From positions 2,976,001 to 3,040,000 of the forward strand of contig JAYWIR010000021.1 in the NCBI GenBank assembly GCA_036172245.1: a DNA stretch of 64,000 nt, given 5' to 3'. Numbering within the stretch: the first letter of the stretch is position 1; the number at the start of each line of letters is the position of its first letter. This document shows, in pieces, positions 38,386 through 49,700 of the stretch. The position numbers were made by a program, and so were the translations under genes. The notes beneath the pieces are model-generated. The model saw only the letters and a list, made by a program, of their open reading frames with translations, ran no database searches and was not told the origin of the DNA. Source of the stretch: Raillietiella orientalis. Lineage: Eukaryota.

Positions 38386-38524
38386 GGTAAGTACACAGAG
38401 CATAACAGATAAATTTATCTTATACCAAAGCAGAACTAAAAATGGTCAACCTAAAGAAGATATGGAATGAAACGAAATAAAGATTCAGTGTGTAAGGTTT
38501 ATTTTATGAAGAATTTCCATTTTG

Positions 38525-41038
38525 TTATGGAGCAAAACTATGGGTGTCTTTATTAAACTGTATTGGCATGATTCCTAGGTCACCACTAAATCTGTTTTTG
38601 GCAACCTGTGAATAAATAAATTGCATAATCTGGCATAATGCAACTTCTACCTGGATATACTTCTTTCCACGCAATGATACTGAACGCTTGTCTTGTAAAA
38701 TGAGCACATTATCAGCTTCCTGTGTGGTTTTTGCACCACCAAAAACTGATGACATAGAAAGTTCATCAGTTTCTTTCTCCTGAAGCATGAGGTGTGTTGC
38801 AAATATATGATACAACAGAATTTACCTTTCTAGGATGTACAACTATTGTAACATGGCAGTTATTAGTTGTTGCAAATTTTCGCAAGGCTGCAAGAATAAT
38901 ATCTTGTTCTTGAAAACGATCAGTTACTGCATAAAATCTGGAAACAACTCCCATCATGAACTGCAGGTTATCAATCACCACATGAGCAATATCATAAATA
39001 TACACTGCATGATTCATTGCCTGATTAAACATAAAGTACTTTGTGCATTAAAGTTCACAAACCTCTAACACATTTGACAAGGCATGCTGTCCATGTAGTG
39101 TCAAAAAATATAGTGGGAGTTCTTCAAATTCATTAGCTGCTGCTGGAAACTCTTCCAGATTATTTTCAAGATTTACTTGAGCAAACTGCTGCAGCATGAG
39201 CTTTGCTAGACGAACATGATGCACTTCAAAACTGCACCATAGTGTGCTCACCTACAGTAGGATCCTACAACCATGTTTATGTGGTTCCTCTTACCCCCTG
39301 CATACACAAATCCAAGGAATAATCACACAAAAAAGTCGTTTTCCCAGACCCAGTAAATCCTGTTAAAACAGTTAATTCCCCTCGTCGATGACCTTTCAGA
39401 ATGTGATTGAGGCGTGCAAATCTCTTCCATTTAACTCCAGACACCTTGACAAATCCTGATCAGTCAAGTTGGCTAAGAAGATGATATAATAAGTAAAAGT
39501 ACCTGTTCTATTTGAGCTAGTTCTGCATATACCTCCTCTCGCAAATGTTCAAAACACGTTATGTATCTGTGTCCAACTGGATACATGTTAGTTAAGATTT
39601 GAGGTAGATTCTGTCCTTGTTGTAGAGCTTCCCAAGGTGACAAGTTACGTAGATCCTGAGATCTATTATCAACTTAGCTTATGGAACATACCCTGCTACA
39701 ATTTTGCTTCCTCACCTCATGACATAGCAACGCTGTTTCCCCAATTTTCTAGAAAAAGTTATTGTTGCATCCCATGATTTTGGATCTTTGCTTAACCAAA
39801 GAATAATTTTTTTAAACTGTTCTAGGACTAGAAGTGTGTTCACAGGCAAATATCGATTTTCTAATGTACTTTTAATCACAAATAAATTTCATTACACTAC
39901 ATTACTCTGTGGAAGTAGTAAAACATTTTCAGAATACTCCTGAACTAATGTTAACCAATCAACAACAGATGATGTCAACACAGCAGTTTCACATTCCTTC
40001 TTCATCTGCTTCCAACCTACAGGGAACCAACAATATTCTGGTGATACTTCCTGTACAACACCATCTGGTGTGCTAATTAAACTAAAAATTCCACATATGG
40101 TAAAATCAAAGTAATGTACTGGGATATGTAATTTAGTTTGATCTTGACTTAGTAAGACCTCACATTTGCACAGTGTATCTTCATGAATACCCTAAGAAAT
40201 TAAATTTGTTAATGTATGCATATGTGATTGCAAACATGAGAAATAAAGAAAAATAAGCCAGGTAAACTGACCTGAATGTGAAATCTTTTTGTAAGATTTT
40301 CTAATTCATTAGAAGATAAATGGGAAATCTTTTTACAGCCAATTAGTCTGCTTTGTAGCTGTGCATCACTTTTGACTCTGTCAGAAACAAAGTATTCATC
40401 CAATGACTTGACAGCATTTTCACCTTTTGCATCTTTCATGTAATTCATAAGATCATTCCATGAGCCCACTGTCAAACATGTATGGCATAAACAATTTCCT
40501 AAAACTTAGGACTGCCAGTTTTGTCATATAAAGTATGATCTCACATGCATCAAAGACATACTCATCCCCAAAGTTTAAATCCATTAAACAAAATTCAAAT
40601 TTTATACAACCTCACACTCAACAGTATTACAGAAAACTGATACTACACTGTTCATGAAGAAAGATGTATAGTCAAGAAAATAAACAGAAGAGCTAACACA
40701 GGAAATGTCTACAAACCAGTTATTGTATTAATGTACATTTTTCCAGAAGCCTTTTTATGAAACTTGTTTTCACAAACAGGACACTCGATATGGAAGCATG
40801 TATATCCTTCATGATAGTTTATATTATGCACTTTGAGTAATCTTCTTTTCTCTGTTAATGTGGAAATTCTGTTTCCCTCAAACTGGATGGATGAATCATG
40901 TTCAGTGCCAATTATATTGTTTGATGAAGCCGTCCTTAATGCCTCTGTGGCATGAAACGATCGCAATTTGTGTAAACATGAGATCAAATGAGAATAAACA
41001 CAACCCCGAAAACATCCTATCTTGTTTAATTGAAACAT
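38525..41038 (-). CDS. TWNK: Twinkle mitochondrial DNA helicase, multi-exon
   Basis: N-terminal CPVC...CHTC zinc-binding-domain motif; [28 protein letters not shown] (Walker A); [19 protein letters not shown] (Walker B); [34 protein letters not shown]. Introns are GT-AG and restore the frame. The start codon is uncertain because a small upstream exon is possible. Confidence 0.95.
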
Positions 41039-44000
41039 TAAAATAAGCACATAGAGTAAGCATTTTCATGGATTCACATGTTATCAGCTTTCTAGTTTAT
41101 AACGAAATTCCATTGGCATTTACTTTCCAAGAAGCACGAGAAACAACAAAAGTTACTGAGAAAAACATGAAGATTCGTTTGAAGTCACACCGCAGTTATA
41201 ACAAAATTGGCAACATGTGCACTGATGTTTACTCTTGAAACACCGCGCTGCGTAGCACATGGACATGGAAGAGTAGCCAATATAGATTATCTTGGCAATG
41301 TTATATTTTCAACAATAATAGGAAAAATAAAAGTTCATTTTAGAGAACTGCAGCATAAAAATATCGGAGTTTTTAGTATTATATGAAAAATACATTGGAA
41401 TTTAGCTTGATTTGCAAAGGCTGTGCCTCCTGCAATGTTGACTTCACAAAGTGCAGCAATGCTATTCAGTCTCTGGATTCTAAGGTATTGAATGTGACAG
41501 ATGTTCAAAAATTTATTCTATAAAACTGTTTCACACTTTCAGAGGGAAAAATACCATGAAAAAGGTGACTTTTAGAACTTTCACTTGAAGGAATAAATTT
41601 TTTTCGAGTGAAGATCCCCCAAATCAAACAATGCCCAAAATGTCTTTCTCAACAGATCCTGATAAGAATCACAAAAGAATCAGATGCTTGGTAGGGAGCT
41701 AAACTAGGAATACTTCTCTATCGACTTCAAATCACATCTTTTGAATTGCCACATTCTTAGAATGTATCAATCATACTGCCTGTACAATGATAAAACAAGC
41801 ATGGAAAGAAAACTGCTTCTCGTATATAGAATAATGTCGTTGTTCTAAAAATGACTCCAGATTAGAAAGCAGAAAGTATTTTACTTCCTAATTTGAATTT
41901 GGATCGTCGTAGTTATTTCTTAGATAATAAGTTTACTCAGCGATCACTTCTTCAAAAAATATTATCAACTAAGAAATCTTATTCTCGAGACAAATTTGTT
42001 TCTTTGGTAGAAAGTAGTCAAGGAAGGAAAGCAGTGTTAAGATACTGCAAGGAGCTTGCATGAGTTCCCTTCCTCCAACCTCCAAAAAAATAGTCTGAAA
42101 AAGATCTTCCTTTCAACTAGAATATCTTAATCTTGAATAGAGCGTTTTTGCATTTTTTTTTTTCAGACCTGAAAAAATTTGCATCCCCTTCTCTCTTGAA
42201 CAAGACAAATGGTTAACTGAAAAATGTGAAAAAAATCTAAATTTAGCAAAGTAGTTTATAAAGATACAAAAAATCCTATGCATGCTGAATGGTTATCGTA
42301 TGGAAGTAACTCCATGAATAGATCAAACATGACGTCTGTGACTCCATAGGTTTCACACATGAGCATCAACACATCGCAGGTATGCTATAAGTATAATTCT
42401 AATTATAAGGAGTGATATAACATAATATTATAGGTTTATCACATTTTGTTTTTGAATTACATATCACCGCTAATAATATGATTTCTGTAATAAAATAGCA
42501 GTGTCCTCCCATATGTAGCAGCGAGCAATCTTGTCATTTCTGAAAGAGACTCAAGAAATTGTTCTGTTGAAATTTCTTTTGAGCTTTTAATTATCTCTTG
42601 AAAATTCAGGCTGAGAAGCTTGGTTCGTTTCTAGGATGCTGCAAAATGACGCACTTTTTAGAACTGAGTTATTGGATTCTATTTGCATTCAGGAGGAAGA
42701 ACATAGATTCTGTTCTTACTGACAGCAACAACCATGATGCGTTATTGTAATTTCAAGATGTGAAATTAAAAATTACAAGAGATTCAGTATAATTTATTTT
42801 CATTATAGTAACCACAAAATGCTTCCAATAGATACAAAGATCCTTCTCTTGTTTCATGTTTCTTTTTTATACTTTTAAAGAATTTTTATACTCTTATAGT
42901 ATCATGGTACTTTTCTGATTCGGAATCTCTTTGATCTACTGAGATTTTATGATACAGTATGATTCAGAATGAGAGTGGTTATATTAAAGATTGCCAACGA
43001 GGTTTCTTTCAATAATGGAAAATGATGTATCACAACAGAAAACAGAAGACGCCAGCACAACGGAGAGTTGCGTTAAAGAATCACAAAACTGAAAAAAGAA
43101 TTCTAAACGCTGTGGAAACGGGAAAAAGATCTATCAAATTTATTTCACATAACTTCAGTTTCTGGACTTTTCTTATATTTACGACCTGCTAACATATTAA
43201 GCATCTATACCTGCTCTCTTTTTAAGATTATGGGTAATTTCCACTCATCAGTCCATGTTTTTCATTGAAAAGGAACTTCAAGACGTACCGGATGCTTCAT
43301 TAGTGATGTATTATCCGAAAATGAGACTCTGTGGGAGTCAGTGCTATGATATGCAGGTAAAAATTGATTGCGACTACTTCAAGACTTTTTCGAACTCGAG
43401 AGCGAGAGATCTTTCGCTGAGGACAAACAAGGATAAATCCAACATCAAGCTGCCTTTCTTTATGATGCTCTCCGACTCTAAAACGAAATAAAATAAAATA
43501 AATAACAAGAAAATAAATAAAGAGATCCACCTCAGATGCCATTAACTCTGCATTATGGACAAGTTTTTACAGAATAATCTATTCTCGGACTCGACTACAT
43601 CGAGGAGTCTCCAAGGATGATCTTATAGTATGAGTCAGTCGCCAAATATTGAAGGGTGTTAAGCAAGAAATGTACCATTCCCAGACTTGTTCTAATAAAC
43701 AGCTTACTTTCCTATTTTGAGTTAGATAGCCAATATATTGCGAGTTTCTAAGCAAAAAACTCAAGTGTAAAAGGAGCTTTGGAATTTGAAATGTGTAAAA
43801 ACGTGATCTTGCTTTATGCTGTAGAAGGACATTTCATGAAATATTCTCCAGACTTCAAATCTGGAACTTCTGGATGAATAACAGTCATGAACGAAAAATA
43901 AATAAATAAAAAGTAATTAACAGAACTGTTAACTTTTTGTTCAGACGAAAAAACATTTTATGTAACAGAAAATAGAATTTTCATACTAAATAGAAGCATT

Positions 44001-45299
44001 GCTATTTATATGGGCTCATTGTGTCGAACTTATGGACAGGAGGAGATGAGTTTGAAAGGCTCGTTATCAACCAAATGAGTTCGGAAATTGAGATCATTCA
44101 CGAAATGTAAGACTGATGATCATTTATGAATTTTTTAATGTCACATTAATACCTCTCCAATGTCTTAAAAGACTTTGCAAAAATCTATAATGTATCGAGT
44201 ATTATTCGAAAGTTCAAACTTCATTATTGCAAAACTTTTCACGTTTTTGGCTTTATTCTGGTGGACTTAGTTTTTCCTTCAATAATTTGTTTCTGGGGAT
44301 TCGAATGATCAACAGTTCATTACGAATAGCGAATCATTTCAAATACACTTGAACTTCAACTTAGTATTTTACTTACAGTATTTCAGTACGTAAACATCAA
44401 CTGCGTCACGTTGTGCAGCTTTGATATGGCGAGGAAGTATTTTAAAATATCATAAATTGAAGGATACTCGATTATTTTTTCAAAGTATTATCCTTTTGGA
44501 TCATTTAAATTCAAATTGCTTCTCTCCTCTTTAAGGTGTGAGATCAGTTTACTCTTTCATAGCAACCGTTTAAAAATGAAATGGTTGAATGGAACAAAGC
44601 CCTAGATCTACCTTGCTTTGAAGAATACTGTAGCTTTCAAATGAAACTACTTCGTTTATTAGTACTATGGTGAAACTAGATGGGAAGTTGGAAATATTCG
44701 ATGAGGTGGTTTTTCATGCATAAAAAGTGAAAGAGGTATCTACTAATTTGTCATGGAACTTTGAACATCAAAGTGAATGAAAGAGATCGATCTTTTAGAT
44801 TGCTTAAGAAATCAGTCAGAATTCAGAATTATTCTATTATCAGATTATTTTATTTATAAAAGTGTCGATTTGGCCCGAAAGGTGTATAACTAGGTATACA
44901 GATGAGTCCGAGATTGTTATGAAAACCGCTGCGCCTTTTGCTTTCAGAAAACTTTTTTAAAAGAAGAAAAATGTTTGTACACCGAAACGGAAAGAAAATG
45001 CACCCAACTGTTGTCATAATTTATGGATGCTATACTTTATAATCCTAAACGATGAGATGAGAATAAGCTTATATCTAGAAGACATATTTTTTTCCAGATT
45101 GAACCCAACAAAGCTTTTTCTCAAAGTATTTTCCAATGAAAATACTTTGCGATTCGAGCAGCATAAAGGAGTGAGTTCCAGGTTTTCTTTAATGCCTGTG
45201 CTAAAAGTACAATATTATCGTTTGCTTCAGCTTCCTTTTGATAGGAATAAAAATAATCATCATACATAAAAGTGCTATGTGAAATTCATTTGTGTCCTT

Positions 45300-46600
45300 A
45301 CAGTAAGTATGGAGAACAAGGACTTCTGGGCTGGGCTGTTGGCTGGGCAGCGTCGCTTTCCGCGTTCCAATCCGAAGACGCAGCAGCCGTGGAAGGACCC
45401 CCGATGGCTTGCAAGTTGTCAAGTCATCTGCTGGTGTGACCCGCGGCAAGCAAGGGAACTGTAGGCTAGCAAGCATTTCCGGTCACCGGTGCGAAGGCCA
45501 CACTTTGGCAAGTGGCTGCCACCCAGAAGCCAAGTGCCAAGGACACCCGTGACGCCTGACTGAGGACATCCTCAGTCATCTTAAGAACTTGGTGACCATT
45601 CGGAAGGGGAGACGATGCTCCGAGGCATTCCGTTCCACGGGAGCCACCATCATTCGCATGCTGTAACAGGATGCAGTGAATGTTGAAACTGCTCATGCAG
45701 ACAACAGTCGGCAGAAGCAGGAGCTTCCGCCCCTCCTCTTGTCCAGATGCTGCGAGCGCGCACAGAACTGGCGACGCCATTTGGACTTTTCTGCAAGAGG
45801 AACCCCCCCCCCAGCCGCCACTACTGGTGCGTGAGAAATCGTGGGTCCATCGGTGCTCCCAGCTTGGTGCACAGTCCACCGTGACAGCCCAAGCTGCTTC
45901 GACTCGAACCGCCGATGAGAGAGAAAAATCACGAAGACTGCCTCCTTCCTCCCAGGGGCTGGTTTCCGTACCTCAGTGGACTCCACGGACGAAAAAAACA
46001 GACCTCAGCTACGCCCATTCCGAGTATAACCGTGCCAAAAAGTTGGCGTCGCTCTCAGTCACGAGCGCGCACTTCCCTCATCCTTTCATAACGGCACCGA
46101 TAACATCCCAATCCTGAAGCAGTTTATAGCAGAAAAAAACAAAAGCAAGAAAAAAAAAAAAGAAAAAAGAAACATGGATTTCAAACACCGTCGGTGGCGG
46201 GTGGCTGGTGGCCTCGCAGTAATTTTGCTGTGCATCTCGGATGCGGTTTTGAGCTTGCTGTGACGGTGAAGCTGTGAAACAAGACACTTTCACGGTTTGC
46301 ACGGAAATTTGTTTTGGCAAGTGGCTGCCTTTCCGATGCGATACGTCGGGGGGGAGGGGGGGGCCGAGGGGAAGTTCCCTCGGCCCGCACCAAGGGGTTT
46401 GCCCAGCAAACGCCCAATCCTCTCCGGAGATGCGCAGCGCAGCACCCGGAGAGGGGTGATCTCGGGGGTGCAGGGAAAACGTAACGGTTGTTCTTCGGCT
46501 GTGTACCATACGGAAAAGTTGTAAAGGATGTTAGTTAGCTGGCATGGGAACTGCCGTATGGCTCGTTTTGGTCGCAGGACCACTGGGATCGACTGATCGC
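45300..46600. other. GC-rich block upstream of PHKA: possible degenerate retroelement plus structured promoter/5' leader
   Basis: Sharp GC rise within AT-rich DNA; 17-bp direct repeat at 45504-45520 and 46313-46329; A-rich tract at 46131-46172; hairpin cluster at 46331-46561. Identity unresolved. Confidence 0.4.
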
Positions 46601-46710
46601 TTAAAAGAGTGGAAATGCTGAAAGAGAAATCTGCATCATCCGGAATGTTCGAGGATTAGCTGAACTGTAGAACTCTTTTCAGATATGATCTGCACGTAAG
46701 CGTTTGAATA

Positions 46711-49700
46711 ATGAGGTGCAGAAGTAATTCCAGTGTGCGGTTGGATTATTATCAGAGACTGTTGTATGATACATTGTTAATCCATCAGGTACGTTGTATC
46801 AAGTTTTGTAGTAGTACTAGTACACCAGTAATAGTGAGTGCTCGTGCAAGATGTTTGCATCATGTACTTTATTATTTAGCGTCGTTTTGGTGTTTAGTGC
46901 ATCGATTATTTCGATCATTAGTTGTTTCCATGCTGCTACCTCAGAAACATTGTTTTCTGTTATTATAAAGTATGTAAAGTCAAAGAAGAGGCTATGCAAA
47001 GGTGCCATTTTTTTCAGTTTTTAAAGATTGCATCTTGTGCATTTTCCCTTTTTTAATTGTTTGTATCAGTAGCCTGTTATTTGAGACCAATTCGTGGTTC
47101 CAAATTTTATTCTTGACAACTTTGCATGCGTAAGAGTAATAACATGAAAAGAGGTAAGAATATTTTTTTTTTTCCAATGAAAACAGTTGTGATCTTAAAC
47201 ATTAAGTATAAAGTAATATCTTGAAAGTTTGCAAAAGCAATAAGATAGAAGCAGCATTAAGGTTTTATTTTCCATATTGTCCCACTAGCATTGCAAATTT
47301 AAGTTAAAAAGCTGATACTGATTCATGGAATTTCAAGTGCATTTACAAAAGGGAAATTTTTAATAAAACTTGTTTTTGAATGGTTGTTAGTTGCTTATTT
47401 ATTTACGAATTTTTTTATTTTCCGAATAATGTCAAAAATTTGTTTCCCCTCTTTGATTTTTCTTACAACTTTAATGTTTCAAAATAGCATTGGGAACTAT
47501 TTTCATACGAAATGGTTTTGGTTTGCTAACTTAATTTCAATTGTATTCAATGCCTAGGATCCAGTTACTGGATTGATTCCCTCAGATCCAGATCAACATC
47601 ATGCATGGATACGAGACAATGTTTATACTATTCTTTCTGTGTGGGGTCTTGCAATGACATATCGTAAAAATGCTGATTTGGATGAAGACAGAGCCAAGAC
47701 ATATGAGTTGGAACAAGTGTGTATTATCTTCAGTTCTCATAATATTTTGAAGCTTTAAAATTGCTGCATGAATTTTGGACTGTTATGCTATTTGTTTTTC
47801 AAACCATAAATTGTCTTTGATTTTGCATCACCGTTACGATTTATAAAATGTTTTTTTGTCAGAAAATGATTTATATCATTCCCAAAGTGGTAATTCTTCC
47901 GGAAGATTTCACTGTGTATGTGTATGTTGGTCTCCTAAAACTTTCAAGAACTTTTGTTATTGTAAATTCTTCATTGTGCCATTTGAGATCTTATCTAGAT
48001 CTTATCAGTTTTCAAGAAATGATTGTGATCCCAACTCTGGAGTTAAAATTCAAATTTGCACTTATTAAAAAGAAAATTTCATTCTCAAGGTGACCATAGA
48101 ATTATAGAAAAAAGTGGAGTTTGTGGAAGTTTTAGGAATGGGAAACCTCAGTTTGTTAGATGAAGGTTTAAACCTATAACCTGTAGGCTAACCATATAAA
48201 TCAATAGCATCAGAAATATGTTAGCATTAGAAAAATAATTTTTTTAAGCATTTTGAGGGAATTGTGATTGAAAGTTCTAGAAAAAAATCCAGTATGCTTA
48301 ACATGAAACAGTACCCTTAAAATTCAAAATTCTTGGGAAAAAAAAAGGATATATCCGATATGGCGATGTGAAATTAGTGTAGGTTGGTGTTGGTTGGCAA
48401 AAATTTTCCATTGTAACCTAACTCTCTTGAATTTCGCAATGGGAAAATTAGGAAAATAATAAAAAAACAGCAGTCTAGAAAGTATGTTGATATGGATAAA
48501 GATTGCAATCATTGTGTCTGTTAGAAAAGGATTTCTAGTACTTGTCAATGACATAGAGTTGGCAGAATGACACAATTGGTTTAGGGATAGGAGGAAAAAC
48601 AAAAAAAAGAAGAAAAGGCCACCATATCCTGGGGCTACTTGTTCAGTTATGTAGAAGAGTTTTACAACTTTATTAAGCTACAAATAGAAAATCATCCATC
48701 CAACAAAAATTTCATGTCAAAATTTCAGTTTTGGTTTGTAGTTTTCAAGTTTCGTTTTTTGGTTTTTAAATTAGCTCTTGTATGCTAGCTGTGAGATTTT
48801 GTTTGGAAATCTGTTAATGTGTACAAGAAATTTAACAAAGATATAAATAGCAAGTCATTTCAAAAACATTGTATCAAGAATTTTTTTTAAATGAAACTAA
48901 ATGCAAATGATTCAAATTAGGATAAGTTTTCTAAACACAATTTCCATGTGAAAGTGTAATGGTTTACTTCAGTGCGCTTAAATTAATTTTTTCAAGCTTT
49001 AAAGGAGAGCTGTTACTTCATCATTTCCATTCAGACATTCATAACTCCTTCATATATTTTGGCAAACACAAATAAATGTTTCAAAAATTGTTTAGTGTGA
49101 ATCACATTTTCATGCTAGACCCTTGTATAATCAGAGATATCCCATTATATAATTGGGAATATTCAGTGCAGTTTGGTATTCAACATGCAATCCTTATTTG
49201 TATCCATAATTCTCATTTCAAAAGGTAATTATTATGATATTATTATATATATATACATACATACATACACATATATATGTACTAGTATTTGTATCAATAC
49301 TTCTACACATAAAAAAAAAAAAATTCAAAAACTATATTGTTTTTGATGTGTGCAATTACATAGCTTGTTGCAAGGGGCTCTGGACAGTTATTATTTTGTT
49401 TCTTTGGGGTGCCCATCACCACCCCCTCTTTATCATTGTCAGTTGTCTTGTACATTATCTGTAAGGTACATTGCTTACCTTTATTGTTCATTTCTAGTGT
49501 TATTGAAAATTCATGGATACGAAGGATTCCAAAAGTTGCCCATGAGCCTTCTGCTATTATCAAATAAGCTTTCAAGGACTATGGAAATTGAACATGGACT
49601 ATTATTACACTGTCCAAGCATTGTGAAGATGCACATATATGACAATCCTTTTTTTTTTATTGTGAAGGAAATTATTAAGTAATTCATGTGTGAAACAGAA

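Noticed and set aside
42960..44110. Faint RTE-like peptide traces (GELR*RITKLKKEF; TYGQEEMSL)
   Set aside because: Too degenerate and too far apart to support without a profile search.
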